Positions 9,918 to 19,726 are shown, counted from the first letter of the stretch. The stretch is 64,000 nt of DNA from Bacteroidaceae bacterium (GCA_963599445.1 CAVBWZ010000012.1:11811-75810), one strand, 5' to 3'. Numbers and translations are program-made. Notes: generated by a model not told the origin, from the letters alone.

Positions 9918-10916
9918 ATGACATTTGCAGAGAAAATGAAAGCGAAGGCTATTGCAGCGAAGAAAGCGCTCGTCCTCCCTGAAGGTCTTGAGCCAAGGAC
10001 GGTCAAGGCTGCAAGGTTGATTCTGGACCAGGGTATCGCTTCCTCTGTCACCCTTATAGGAAATCCTGACGAAGTGAAGGCCAATGCCGCCAATCTTGGT
10101 GTCGACCTCACTGGCATCGCAATCGTCGACCCAATGACAAGCGACAAGAGACAGGCATATGCCAACGAGTACTACGAGCTCAGAAAGGCCAAGGGAATGA
10201 CCCCTGAGCAGGCCTACGATCTCATCACAGCCCCTCTTCGCTGGGGTGCCATGATGACACGCCTTCATGATGCCGATGCCATGGTGGCCGGTGCCGAGAA
10301 CACGACAGGCAACGTCCTTCTTGCATCCTTCCAGATCATCAAGTGCAAGCCAGGCATCAAGAGCGCTTCCTCCTGTTTCGTTATGGCTACCGACAAGACC
10401 CAATACGGCCTCAACGGTTCGTTCATATTCGCCGACTGTGCAACCATTCCAAATCCAACGGCTGAACAGCTTGCAGAGATAGCAGAGGCCTCCGCAGAGT
10501 CCTGCCGCACGTTCCTTGATGCAGAGCCTGTCGTCGCCATGCTTTCATATTCCACAAAGGGTAGCGCCAATGGAGACCTCGTCGATAAGGTCACTCAGGC
10601 AACGGAGATGGTCAAGGCCAAGTGTCCTGAACTCAAGGTCGATGGCGAGCTCCAGCTCGATGCTGCAATCGTGGATTCCGTTGCAAAGCAGAAGGCTCCA
10701 GGCTCCACAGTCGCAGGACATGCCAACGTTCTCGTGTTCCCTGACCTCCAGGCTGGAAACATTGGCTACAAGCTCGTGCAGCGCCTTGCAGGTGCCCAGG
10801 CATATGGTCCTATCCTCCAGGGATTCGCAAGACCTGTGTCCGATCTGTCCAGGGGATGCAGTGTGGAGGACATTGTGGTCACTGCCTCCATCACCCTTGC
10901 CCAAGCTGCCTGCTAG
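9918..10916 (+). CDS. pta: phosphate acetyltransferase
   Basis: [34 protein letters not shown] and [27 protein letters not shown] are canonical short-form Pta. ATG 9918 follows AAAGGAG. Confidence 0.9.
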   Translation: MTFAEKMKAKAIAAKKALVLPEGLEPRTVKAARLILDQGIASSVTLIGNPDEVKANAANLGVDLTGIAIVDPMTSDKRQAYANEYYELRKAKGMTPEQAYDLITAPLRWGAMMTRLHDADAMVAGAENTTGNVLLASFQIIKCKPGIKSASSCFVMATDKTQYGLNGSFIFADCATIPNPTAEQLAEIAEASAESCRTFLDAEPVVAMLSYSTKGSANGDLVDKVTQATEMVKAKCPELKVDGELQLDAAIVDSVAKQKAPGSTVAGHANVLVFPDLQAGNIGYKLVQRLAGAQAYGPILQGFARPVSDLSRGCSVEDIVVTASITLAQAAC

Positions 10917-10998
10917 TTCTTTGGGTGGCAGCCGTTGTCGGTGCGCTCAAGCCGTGCATCCCAGCACTGTCATTCGCTTCCTTCTAGGCTGCCGCACC

Positions 10999-11202
10999 AA
11001 ATAACGTCGCAGTTTTCTTGGTCTTTGAGTCGTCTTCATCGTCACTTCGCACGGGCTGTACAAAAAGTACTATCTCGTGCTTGTATCCTTGAATACGGCT
11101 CAAATACCCTCGAAACGATTTCTCCAAATTACGTCGCAGGAGTTTATACTCTCTACTGCATCGCAAACGCACAGGCTGTACAGCTAGTACTATCCTGTGC
11201 GT
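10999..11202. repeat. tandem pair of about 100-130 bp noncoding repeats (family E), each with a GCACRGGCTGTAC-N5-GTACTATC-YGTGC hairpin
   Basis: AAATAACGTCGCAG...CGCACGGGCTGTACAAAAAGTACTATCTCGTGC repeats as AAATTACGTCGCAG...CGCACAGGCTGTACAGCTAGTACTATCCTGTGC. A related copy lies at 47391-47500. Confidence 0.7.
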
Positions 11203-11207
11203 TTTTT

Positions 11208-11623
11208 GGTTCTTCACGGAAAGTTCGGGGATTGGGAGATGAGAATCAAAAGAGATCATCCAGCCTTAGGCTGTCGGGGCTCTTTGGGCGTTTGGGGCTT
11301 ATGGGGCCGTTAGGGCTGTTGAAGACTGTTGAAACGATCGAGGGCGCTTGTGGCTCATGTGGCGGTTGAGACTCTTGTGGCTGTTATGGCGCTTGCAGAC
11401 GGTTGAATCGTGTTTGAAGTGGAGCGCTTTGGAGCGTGCCTGAGTGTACCTGATGGCTCCTGACCGCACCTGAGTGCCCCGCGTTCCTAAATTTAGACCG
11501 TTTGGGAAAGGCTGGAGCGTCCAGATAGGCTAGAGAGACTAGAGAGGCTAGAAAGGCCAGATCGTCCAGATGTACAATGACGCCGTCCATCGTTTACAAT
11601 CTCCGACTTTTCCGTGAAGAGCC
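11208..11623 (+). mobile_element. MITE-like nonautonomous element, copy A (416 bp, terminal inverted repeats)
   Basis: Starts GGTTCTTCACGGAAAGTTCGGGG and ends CCGACTTTTCCGTGAAGAGCC, an inverted match. About 93% identical to copy B over the first 135 bp or so. No credible ORF. Confidence 0.7.
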
Positions 11624-11702
11624 AATAAAAGCGGCGGATTCCGTTAAAAGGGCATCTGCCGCATCCTGAATATGCCTTTCAAAAGTGAATGAACATTATT
11701 CA

Positions 11703-11730
11703 TTGACATTTCAAAAAATGGTGTTATAAT
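11703..11730 (+). promoter_or_regulatory. sigma-70-type promoter of tetR (island)
   Basis: TTGACA, 16 nt spacer, TGTTATAAT (extended -10). Overlaps the inverted repeat AATGAA-N5-TTCATT at 11688-11704. Confidence 0.6.
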
Positions 11731-11755
11731 TGAGGACAGAAAGGGGGTTTGGACG

Positions 11756-12316
11756 ATGCGGATTACGAAGGAGCCGGAAGTGCGCAAGCAGGAGATCATA
11801 GATACCGCCCTCAGATTGTTCGGGGAAAAGGGATACGAAAAGACCTCAATTACAGATATAGCGAAAGCCATCGGTGTGGCGCAGGGGTTATGCTACCGCT
11901 ACTTCCCATCCAAGGAAGTGCTGTTTGACAGTGCAATCGAACAGTATGCCGACGTTCTGGTAGAGCAGATGGTCAGCTCTAAAGGGGATGAAAATCAGGC
12001 ATTGCGGCAGATTATAGAAAATATGCCTTCTGCAATGGAAGACAGGGACACAAAATATTACCGTGTTTTTCACGGAGCAGAAAATAAAAAATTCCACGAT
12101 CAGCTTACCCTCAAGGTGTGCGAGAAGCTGATTCCTTTTGTGGAGAAGATGTTGCAGAAGGCGAAGCAAAAGGGCGAGATCAAGTTTGACGATTTACAGA
12201 CCGTTGCGGCGTTCTGTGTCTACGGGCAGCTCGGCATTCTGCTGGCGGACGATTTGACGCAGGGAGAAAAGTCCAAAAGGATTCGAGAATTTCTCATTTT
12301 CGCACTTCACCTTTGA
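11756..12316 (+). CDS. TetR/AcrR family transcriptional regulator
   Basis: N-terminal HTH: RKQEIIDTALRLFGEKGYEKTSITDIAKAIGVAQGLCYRYFPSKE. Confidence 0.9.
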   Translation: MRITKEPEVRKQEIIDTALRLFGEKGYEKTSITDIAKAIGVAQGLCYRYFPSKEVLFDSAIEQYADVLVEQMVSSKGDENQALRQIIENMPSAMEDRDTKYYRVFHGAENKKFHDQLTLKVCEKLIPFVEKMLQKAKQKGEIKFDDLQTVAAFCVYGQLGILLADDLTQGEKSKRIREFLIFALHL

Positions 12317-12406
12317 AATAATCCCTCACTTTGTTGTGGGGGATTTTTAAGGCAAAATTATTGAATGTTATTCATTCATTTATTTATCAAGGAAAGGATG
12401 TTACTG

Positions 12407-13729
12407 ATGCAAACAAAACTTGATTTTATCGGCGGAAATACAAAGCGCTGCCTATTGGCGATGGCACTTCCGATGATTGCCGCCATGTTCCTCAACATGA
12501 TGTATAACCTCGTGGACAGCCTGTGGATTGGAAACCTGTTGGGCGAGACAGCCTATGCCGCACTCACGAACTCCACTCCCATCATTCTGATTCTGACCTC
12601 GGTTGCAATGGGTGCGACGAATGGAGTTTCCATTTTGCTTTCTCAGGCGATTGGAGCAGGGGACAAGGAGAAAACGGAAAGCCTGATTACTACATCGTTC
12701 TGCGCGGCCGTTGCATTTTCGTTGCTCGCGACGGTTTTGCTGGAGGTGTTTCTGCCGGGAATTTTGAAGGCACTGAATACCCCGGCTGAAACATATGACA
12801 TGGCATACAGCTATCTGTCCATCTATGTTCTGGGGTATTTGGCCGTCTACCTCTACCTTTACTTCACCGCCGTTCTGCGCAGTTTTGGCAATTCCATGTT
12901 TCAGGCTGTGGCTATGCTGGTATCCACGATTCTGAATGCAATTCTTGACCCGCTTTTCATTCACTTAATCGGCTTCCACGGAGCTGCGATTGCAACGCTT
13001 CTCTCTCAGCTGATTTGCTTGCTTTTCATGCTGGTTTATCTGAGAAAGAAAAATTTATTTGCGTTCAAGCTCTCTGCGTTTGACAGGTACGAAGTCTTGC
13101 CTCTCGTTCAAAAAGCGGTTCCGTCCGTGATTCAGCAGAGCATCCCCGCCATCAGCACCACATTTCTCACTGCGCTCGTCAGTACATACAGCGTCACGGC
13201 GATTGCGGCCTACGGTGTGACCGGCAAGTTGGAAACCATTCTGTTCTACCCTGCAATGGCGCTGAATATGGTCTTGACCACGATTGTCGGGCAATGCTCC
13301 GGCGGCAAGCGGTATGACCGAGCGAAGGACTATTTGAAATGCGCACTGGGCTACGGCTGCGGCCTGCTTGTGATCCTCTCCACTTTAGTGGTCGGATTCT
13401 CCAAACAGCTTTCCAGTTTGTTCGTCAAGAGCGACGGTGTGGCGGCCATTGTGGGAACGTATTTCCTAATCGTCAGTATTGGGTACATTCTGAATACAGT
13501 CACAAACTGCTATCTTGGAACGATTAACGGTATGGGAAAGCCCTCGAAAAGCATGTTCCTGATGATCTTCTATTACATCATTGTGCGGATGCCTTTGGCT
13601 TATCTGCTTTCCCATCTTGGTTTTGGCCTGAATGGGATTTGGACTGCGGTACTGGCCAGTCATGTGGTGGCAAGTTTTGCAGCAGCAACAACGGGGACGA
13701 TGGTTGTAAAAAGAGGTGAAAAATCATAA
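12407..13729 (+). CDS. MATE family efflux transporter
   Basis: LLAMALPMIAAMFLNMMYNLVDSLWIGNLLGETAYAALT is a typical MATE N-terminus. 12-TM profile. ATG 12407 follows AAGGAAAGGA; the ORF opens at 12365. Confidence 0.9.
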   Translation: MQTKLDFIGGNTKRCLLAMALPMIAAMFLNMMYNLVDSLWIGNLLGETAYAALTNSTPIILILTSVAMGATNGVSILLSQAIGAGDKEKTESLITTSFCAAVAFSLLATVLLEVFLPGILKALNTPAETYDMAYSYLSIYVLGYLAVYLYLYFTAVLRSFGNSMFQAVAMLVSTILNAILDPLFIHLIGFHGAAIATLLSQLICLLFMLVYLRKKNLFAFKLSAFDRYEVLPLVQKAVPSVIQQSIPAISTTFLTALVSTYSVTAIAAYGVTGKLETILFYPAMALNMVLTTIVGQCSGGKRYDRAKDYLKCALGYGCGLLVILSTLVVGFSKQLSSLFVKSDGVAAIVGTYFLIVSIGYILNTVTNCYLGTINGMGKPSKSMFLMIFYYIIVRMPLAYLLSHLGFGLNGIWTAVLASHVVASFAAATTGTMVVKRGEKS

Positions 13730-13748
13730 GGGATGCTTCTCTTTGCTA

Positions 13749-13777
13749 TTGACAGATACGCCTTTCATAAGTATAAC
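13749..13777 (+). promoter_or_regulatory. sigma-70-type promoter
   Basis: TTGACA, 17 nt spacer, TATAAC upstream of the second tetR. Confidence 0.5.
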
Positions 13778-13841
13778 GTCTAATATGCATTAGATGATAT
13801 GTATTGAACAATATGTTTTAGAGAATGAAAGGATGCAAACT

Positions 13842-14465
13842 ATGGCTCCAAAGAATAAGTTTACGAAGGAAGAAATGATAGAAGCTGCGATGCGCGTTGT
13901 GCAGACCAAAGGTATCGATGGCCTGACCGCAAAGACGATGGCAGACGAACTCGGAACCTCCACCCAGCCTGTTTTTACCGCTTTTGGCTCAATGGATACC
14001 GTCAAGCAGGAAGTCTATGCTGCAGCAGTGCGTGTGTATGACAGCTATGTGGATGCTGGGCTGAAGGAAAAGATTCCGTTCTTTGGTGTCGGGATGCAGT
14101 ATATCCGGTTTGCACGGGAAGAACCGGAGCTTTATCGGTTCCTCTTTTTGACGCGGACGCAAGATCAGGAATATAGCGTCATGAAAGCCATGCGGCATTT
14201 GCAGGAGTTTGTTCGGCCAATGCTGGTGAACATTTACCATGTTACTGACGAAGAAGCAGACCTTTATTTCCGTGATCTGTGGTTCGTCGTGCATAGTCTG
14301 TCCACTCTGATAGTGACCGGCGATTGCCCATACTCCGACTGGGAGATTGGGCAAATTCTAACGGGCTTCAGCATCAGCATCTGCAAATCCATCAAGGAAA
14401 TTCCCGGCTTTGCGGCAGGCACCTTTGACCGTGATGCTGCGTTTCGAGCGCTGAGTTCTAAATGA
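13842..14465 (+). CDS. TetR/AcrR family transcriptional regulator
   Basis: FTKEEMIEAAMRVVQTKGIDGLTAKTMADELGTSTQPVF is a TetR HTH. ATG 13842 lies 8 nt after AAAGGA. Confidence 0.85.
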   Translation: MAPKNKFTKEEMIEAAMRVVQTKGIDGLTAKTMADELGTSTQPVFTAFGSMDTVKQEVYAAAVRVYDSYVDAGLKEKIPFFGVGMQYIRFAREEPELYRFLFLTRTQDQEYSVMKAMRHLQEFVRPMLVNIYHVTDEEADLYFRDLWFVVHSLSTLIVTGDCPYSDWEIGQILTGFSISICKSIKEIPGFAAGTFDRDAAFRALSSK

Positions 14466-14481
14466 ACCGAGGTGATTTCAA

Positions 14482-14670
14482 GTGGCAGACAAAACGAATA
14501 CCAAAATTGATTGGCTTTGCTGCCCAAGATGCGGCGGCAAAACAAGAACGCAGATATTGCCGCACACGGTATTGGAGGAATATCCGCTATTCTGTCCGAA
14601 GTGCAAATACACCTGCGTAATCCGTTTCAAGGACGGAAGAATTGAAAAAATCAAAATGCCAGACGCTTAG
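14482..14670 (+). CDS. cysteine-rich KTR domain protein
   Basis: 62 aa with CPRCGGKTR...CPKCKY, matching the small 'cysteine-rich KTR' proteins of Firmicutes mobile elements. GTG start follows GAGGTGA. Confidence 0.7.
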   Translation: MADKTNTKIDWLCCPRCGGKTRTQILPHTVLEEYPLFCPKCKYTCVIRFKDGRIEKIKMPDA

Positions 14671-14716
14671 ACGCAGTGCAATCCGAGATGATTGGTTTGT
14701 GCTGCGTTTTTATTTT
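14671..14716 (+). terminator. rho-independent terminator
   Basis: 11-bp stem ACGCAGUGCAA / UUGUGCUGCGU (two G-U pairs) followed by TTTTTATTTT, directly after the stop at 14670. Confidence 0.55.
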
Positions 14717-14732
14717 GTAAGGAGGCATATGG

Positions 14733-14861
14733 ATGAAAGATGTGTTTCTTGCATATGTCGATTTCGCGGTTGAAGTTGCAAAGAAGTTAAACCTGTTCGC
14801 CAGTGAATCTGATCTTCAGGAAACCATCAATTTCTGGAAACATTGTCAAAGAGTGCAGTAG
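14733..14861 (+). CDS. hypothetical 42-aa ORF (MKDVFLAYVDFAVEVAKKLNLF...)
   Basis: ATG lies 8 nt after AGGAGG. Shorter than the smallest ORF in the track (60 aa). No recognisable family. Confidence 0.2.
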   Translation: MKDVFLAYVDFAVEVAKKLNLFASESDLQETINFWKHCQRVQ

Positions 14862-14903
14862 AGAGGGAACCTACGCAAAAACGTGAATTGAAATGCTTAA
14901 TGC

Positions 14904-15182
14904 TTGAAGCGAGGAGGGCTGAAGTATCCGTCTATGCAAAAAGGAAATAAAAATGGCCGAAAACTTGAGCCGTGGAGAATAGTCGTAGGCACATTGTCCA
15001 TAGCGTTCATCATATTTCTATGGGTAAAAAATGATATTGCATCTACTTTGGTTGCAATGCCGAAGGAACAGGCCATACCGCTTGCTGTTACAACCATTGC
15101 AGTTTCTGTGGTTAAAGTTGCTGTAATTGCAGGTGTGCTTCTTTTGGCTAAATGGGTTATCGGAAAAATCAAAAGCAAATGA
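14904..15182 (+). CDS. small membrane protein, two TM segments
   Basis: 92-aa ORF with two hydrophobic helices (IVVGTLSIAFIIFLW and TTIAVSVVKVAVIAGVLLLA). No family recognised. Confidence 0.35.
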   Translation: MKRGGLKYPSMQKGNKNGRKLEPWRIVVGTLSIAFIIFLWVKNDIASTLVAMPKEQAIPLAVTTIAVSVVKVAVIAGVLLLAKWVIGKIKSK

Positions 15183-15211
15183 GCGCGAGAATAAGCACAG
15201 AAGGAGAGTAT

Positions 15212-16192
15212 ATGAAGCAGGAGAAAATTGCAGCAATGGAAACCGCTATTGATGTGGACTACAGCAATATTGCTGGTCTGGTCGTGCTGAAAGATGGCCA
15301 AACGGTTTATGAAAACTATTTTGGGGGCTGCACAGCAGAAAGTCGCATCCATGTTTTCTCGGTGACAAAGAGCATTGTTTCCATCCTGTTCGGAATCGTG
15401 CTGGACAAAGGCTATCTTGACAGCATTGACCGAAAGGTATTGGAGTTTTACCCGGAATACGTTATCAAACGTGGTGAAAAGACAATTCAGCATGTCACAA
15501 TTCGGGATATGCTCACCATGACAGCACCCTATAAATATAAGTCCACTCCCTACACAAAGTATTTCACAAGCCTGGATTGGGCGAAATTTTCTCTTGATGT
15601 ATTAGGTGGAAAGGGACGGATTGGTGTGTTCCGCTACACGCCGCTGATCGGGCCGGACATTCTGACCGGCATTCTTGTAAAAGTAACTGGGCAATCCGTT
15701 CTCGACTTTGCAAGAGAGAACTTGTTTTCTCCGCTGGGTATTGCTTTGAAGCAGAATATCACGTTCCACAGCAAAGAAGAACAGATGGCGTTTTATAAAG
15801 CGACTGATAGGAGCGTTTGGGTTGCTGACCCAAACGGAGTGAATGCGGGCGGTTGGGGGCTCACTCTTTCTCCGATGGATATGGCGAAAATCGGTGAGCT
15901 TATCCGGAATAGCGGTGTCTGTGATGGAAGGCGCATTGTATCTGAAGAATGGGTGCGTGAGAGTACATCTGAGCAAAGTCGGTGGATGGAGCGGGATTTG
16001 CCCTATGGATATTTGTGGTGGATTCTTGAGCAGGAGCACGGATGTGCTGCGATGGGTGACGGTGGAAATATCATCTATGTCAGCCAAGATAAGAATATGG
16101 TTGTTGCGATTGCCTCCCGCTTTCAGCAAAGAGCGAAAGACAGAATCGAATTCATTAAGGAGTATGTCGAGCCAATATTTGCCAATATTTGA
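15212..16192 (+). CDS. serine hydrolase, beta-lactamase/transpeptidase-like family
   Basis: S-x-x-K motif (FSVTKS) near the N-terminus; GGWGL and YGYLWW segments are typical of class C-like/PBP4* hydrolases. ATG follows AAGGAGAG. Confidence 0.8.
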   Translation: MKQEKIAAMETAIDVDYSNIAGLVVLKDGQTVYENYFGGCTAESRIHVFSVTKSIVSILFGIVLDKGYLDSIDRKVLEFYPEYVIKRGEKTIQHVTIRDMLTMTAPYKYKSTPYTKYFTSLDWAKFSLDVLGGKGRIGVFRYTPLIGPDILTGILVKVTGQSVLDFARENLFSPLGIALKQNITFHSKEEQMAFYKATDRSVWVADPNGVNAGGWGLTLSPMDMAKIGELIRNSGVCDGRRIVSEEWVRESTSEQSRWMERDLPYGYLWWILEQEHGCAAMGDGGNIIYVSQDKNMVVAIASRFQQRAKDRIEFIKEYVEPIFANI

Positions 16193-16231
16193 TTGAAACG
16201 CCATTGGCGCGGAAATGGAGAATGAAAAACA

Positions 16232-16774
16232 ATGAAGATTGAAACAGAGCGCCTTTTTCTGAGGGAAATGGCACCAGAGGATTTTAATGCGCTGTACGCC
16301 GTGCTTGCTGATTCTGACATCATGCAGCATTACCCTTACACCTTTGACGAGGCTCGCGTCAAAAACTGGATCAGCAAAAACACCGAGCGTTACCATGTGT
16401 TCGGCTTCGGCCTGTGGGCCGTCTGTTTGAAACCTACGGGTGAGATGATCGGTGACTGCGGGCTAACCATGCAGAATATAGGCGGTACGATTCTGCCAGA
16501 GATCGGCTATCATATCGCAAAGGCACACCAGCGCCAAGGCTTTGCAACAGAAGCGGCGCAGGCTGTTCGTGACTGGACATTTACGCATACGACTTTAGGC
16601 ATGGTGTATTCCTATATGAAAAAGGCAAACACTCCGTCCTCCGCCACCGCCCGTGCAAACGGTATGACGTTGCTAAATGAGTTTACCGGTGACGAGGGCG
16701 AGCAGACCGTTGTATATGGCATCAGCCGCAAAGAATGGCAGAATCAGGAAATATCAAAGGAGATTGTCAAATAA
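16232..16774 (+). CDS. GNAT family N-acetyltransferase (RimJ/RimL-like)
   Basis: IETERLFLREM start and HQRQGFATEAAQAV acetyl-CoA binding segment. Confidence 0.85.
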   Translation: MKIETERLFLREMAPEDFNALYAVLADSDIMQHYPYTFDEARVKNWISKNTERYHVFGFGLWAVCLKPTGEMIGDCGLTMQNIGGTILPEIGYHIAKAHQRQGFATEAAQAVRDWTFTHTTLGMVYSYMKKANTPSSATARANGMTLLNEFTGDEGEQTVVYGISRKEWQNQEISKEIVK

Positions 16775-17027
16775 AAACCTTAAATGTTATCCAAAAGTTG
16801 TCAAAAATCGGAAAAATCCCCAGCAGGATTATGTTCTTCTTCTGCATCGTTGGTACGGTATATGCGGTGATGTCAGCAGGCATGCACATGAATGCGTTTG
16901 ATTCCTATGACGTATCGGGTGTGGCAATCCCCAGACACCATATATGATTCTATGATTTTGTACCGGCAACAACGCCGACGGTTATTTTGCCTGCTGAATA
17001 AGGCGATTGTGAGAGGAGGGATTGAAT

Positions 17028-17693
17028 ATGAGCGTCTTGCAGACAATCAATCTCAAAAAATACTACGGCACGAAGCCAAACATTGTCCGTGCGCTGGACG
17101 GCGTGAATTTCTCCGTGGACGATGGCGAGTTCGTTGCGGTCATTGGAGCCTCCGGCAGCGGCAAATCCACGCTTCTCAATATGATAGGCGGTCTGGATAC
17201 CCCCACCTCTGGCCGCGTGATTGTGCGCGGACAGGATTTGGCAGGGATGGATGACGAAGCGTTGACGCTGTTTCGGCGGCGTAATATTGGCTTTGTCTTT
17301 CAGAATTACAATCTCGTTCCAATGCTGAGCGTACAGGAAAACATTGTTCTGCCTGTGGAGCTGGACGGGCATACCGCAGAACGCAGTTTCCTGGAGGACA
17401 TCGTTTCCATGCTGGGGCTGAAAGACCGGCTGTATGCCATGCCGAATACACTTTCAGGAGGTCAGCAGCAGCGCGTCGCCATTGCCCGCGCCCTGATTAC
17501 CAAACCGGCTATCATTCTAGCCGATGAGCCTACCGGAAGTCTGGACAGCCAGACCAGCACAGATGTGCTGGAGCTGCTTCGGCGCAGTAGCCGCCAGTTT
17601 CACCAGACCATCGTGATGATTACCCACAATGACTCCATCACCCGCCTTGCGGATAGAATCGTATGCATTGGTGACGGCAGGATTGTGGGATGA
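17028..17693 (+). CDS. ABC transporter ATP-binding protein (MacB/LolD-like)
   Basis: Walker [10 protein letters not shown], signature LSGGQQQR, Walker [12 protein letters not shown] 17028 lies 7 nt after GAGGAGGG. Confidence 0.9.
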   Translation: MSVLQTINLKKYYGTKPNIVRALDGVNFSVDDGEFVAVIGASGSGKSTLLNMIGGLDTPTSGRVIVRGQDLAGMDDEALTLFRRRNIGFVFQNYNLVPMLSVQENIVLPVELDGHTAERSFLEDIVSMLGLKDRLYAMPNTLSGGQQQRVAIARALITKPAIILADEPTGSLDSQTSTDVLELLRRSSRQFHQTIVMITHNDSITRLADRIVCIGDGRIVG

Positions 17694-19726
17694 GGGGCGG
17701 TGCTATGAAGAAGAAGGCTATTACCCCCATCGTAAAGACGGTTGCCAAACGGGATATGCGTCCTGACAGTATCAAAAATGTATTTTCCCTGCTGACGGTC
17801 TGCCTTGTGACGGCGCTTCTGCTGTCGCTGGCACTCTATGAAAGCGGCTATGAAACAGCAAAGGACAGAGCCGCCGCAGGACAACCGCAGGTCGTTTTCT
17901 GCGACCTCTCCGTACAGCAGGCCGCAGCCCTGCAAGCGGATGAAGATATTACTTCCATCACTCTGAACGAATCAGAGAATGGCTTGGATGCGTCAGTTAC
18001 GCTTTTCGGTGCGGAGAAAATGACGCAGACCGGATTTTCGGATTATATTGCTGAGATCAGTGCAAAGTACGGCATCTGTCACCCTGTAAAGAACACCATG
18101 TTTCTGGACAGCCTATCGGACGGCAACCTGTTCAGTTCCGAACGGCTGCTCCTTGTGGGTGTGGCGTTGTTTGTCCTGCTGGTCAGCGCACTGGTAATCT
18201 ACAATATCTTCTACTTGTCCATAACGATGCAGATTCGACAGTTTGGGCAGTTCCGCACCATCGGAATGACCGCAAAACAGATCAGCGGCATCATCCGTAC
18301 AGAGCGGAAGCTGCTGTGCAGACGGGCAATTCCGGTTGGTCTGGTGATTGGAACATTCATTGCCTACTTGTTGCAGCCAAAAGGCTTTGCATGGAAACCT
18401 GTGGTTCTGTGGGGCCTCGTGATTGCTCTGGTGGTTGCGTTGGTAGTGCAGCTTGCGCTCAATCAGCCCACCAAAATCGCCAGCAGTGTTATACCAGCAC
18501 GTTCTGCAAGGTTTTTTGAAGGTGCATCTGAAAATCGCATACCGCGAAGTAAAAAACGGAAGCTGTCTGCGTGGGGGCTTGCGCGAATCCATGTGACAGG
18601 CAGCCGCAAAAAGGTTATGGTGTCTGTGCTTTCTCTGGCTCTCAGCGGACTGCTGTTCACGCTGGCTGCAACCTATACGACCTCCGTAGATGCGAAGACC
18701 ATTGTAGAGCGGGAGCTTTACCAATACGGCCAATTTATCGTGGAAGAATCAGGACTGTACACGCAATCCGCACCGGAGCTGGACAATCTGACCTCTCGGA
18801 TCACGAAGCTCCCTGGTGTGCAAGGCATCGAAAAAGTCACCGAAACCAGCATCAACTGGTCTACGGGTGGTAGCAGCGATGCTGATCAGCTTTCCATCAT
18901 CGAAGCGGACGATATGCAGATGATCCAGCCATTTGTCAGAAGCGGCGAGGCCGATTATCAGCAGTTGGTAGCGGAAAACCAAGTCCTTGCCGTGGACGGC
19001 GCAGAGGGTGTTTCCATTGGTAGCTCCGTTGCGCTGATCTTTGAAGATGGCATAACGCAGCAATATACTGTTGGGGCAATACTGGACGATGGCATTTACC
19101 ATGATACTGCGGTATATGGTGGCTGGTTTCTGCTTCCGCGAGAGCTGCTGCCCGAAACGCCGGGGATGTTTGCAGTTTCTACAAAGTTGATTGTCGATGC
19201 GGACAATGCCGAATTAAGCAATGTCGAAGCTGATTTGAGGGATTTGCTTAAAACCTCCAATCAGGCGACTTTGACCACCAAGCAGGAGGCTATCATTGAA
19301 AAGGATGCCGCCATTCGCCAAGTTAGCCTGTCCGTTGTGGGGATTACGCTGCTGTTTCTCTGTTTCAGCATCCTGATTTTTGCCAACACGATTCTGATGA
19401 ACATTATTGTCCGAAAAAATGAGTACGCCATGCTGCAATCCATCGGCATGACCTACCGACAGGTTCGGGCAATGCAGATTATGGAGAGTATTCTGGAAGC
19501 GGGGGTTGGATTTGTTATTACACTGGTGCTGGGCATTATCTTCGGAATCGGGATGATTCAGGTTTTGACGCGCATGGGGATGTTCTATCTGGCCTATACA
19601 TTCCCGTCTGCCATGTTCGCCCTGTACTGCGCCATCACGTTGATTGTCATGTTCGCCATTACATTCATTGCGTTCAATTCCATGCAGAAAGCGCCGCTGG
19701 TCGAGCGTATGCGGACAGTAGAGTGA
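17690..19726 (+). CDS. ABC transporter permease, FtsX/MacB family (BceB-like size)
   Basis: 678 aa, multi-TM, with two FtsX-type 4-helix modules and a large extracytoplasmic loop. Start overlaps the ATPase stop. Confidence 0.8.
   Translation: MRGGAMKKKAITPIVKTVAKRDMRPDSIKNVFSLLTVCLVTALLLSLALYESGYETAKDRAAAGQPQVVFCDLSVQQAAALQADEDITSITLNESENGLDASVTLFGAEKMTQTGFSDYIAEISAKYGICHPVKNTMFLDSLSDGNLFSSERLLLVGVALFVLLVSALVIYNIFYLSITMQIRQFGQFRTIGMTAKQISGIIRTERKLLCRRAIPVGLVIGTFIAYLLQPKGFAWKPVVLWGLVIALVVALVVQLALNQPTKIASSVIPARSARFFEGASENRIPRSKKRKLSAWGLARIHVTGSRKKVMVSVLSLALSGLLFTLAATYTTSVDAKTIVERELYQYGQFIVEESGLYTQSAPELDNLTSRITKLPGVQGIEKVTETSINWSTGGSSDADQLSIIEADDMQMIQPFVRSGEADYQQLVAENQVLAVDGAEGVSIGSSVALIFEDGITQQYTVGAILDDGIYHDTAVYGGWFLLPRELLPETPGMFAVSTKLIVDADNAELSNVEADLRDLLKTSNQATLTTKQEAIIEKDAAIRQVSLSVVGITLLFLCFSILIFANTILMNIIVRKNEYAMLQSIGMTYRQVRAMQIMESILEAGVGFVITLVLGIIFGIGMIQVLTRMGMFYLAYTFPSAMFALYCAITLIVMFAITFIAFNSMQKAPLVERMRTVE

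Noticed and set aside
10935-11590. ORFs 10935-11369(+), 10984-11259(-), 11384-11590(-), and also 19804-20058(+), as genes
   Set aside because: They lie wholly in the repeat elements. Their peptide repeats (GLx, GAx) are a by-product of the 9-bp DNA periodicity. Frames are not conserved between copies.
11624-11631. Target-site duplications for TIR copies A, B and D, or for the whole A-island-B unit
   Set aside because: The flanks are CGTTTTTT/AATAAAAG (A) and ATATTTTT/TAAATTCT (B), and the outer pair CGTTTTTT/TAAATTCT does not match. Only copy C shows a duplication.
16780-17021. Small hydrophobic peptide ORF (MFFFCIVGTVYAVMSAGMH..., about 38 codons) upstream of the ABC pair as a bacteriocin or leader peptide
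   Set aside because: The only purine-rich stretch is 2 nt from the ATG and there is no recognisable leader or cleavage motif. It is likely noncoding promoter DNA.
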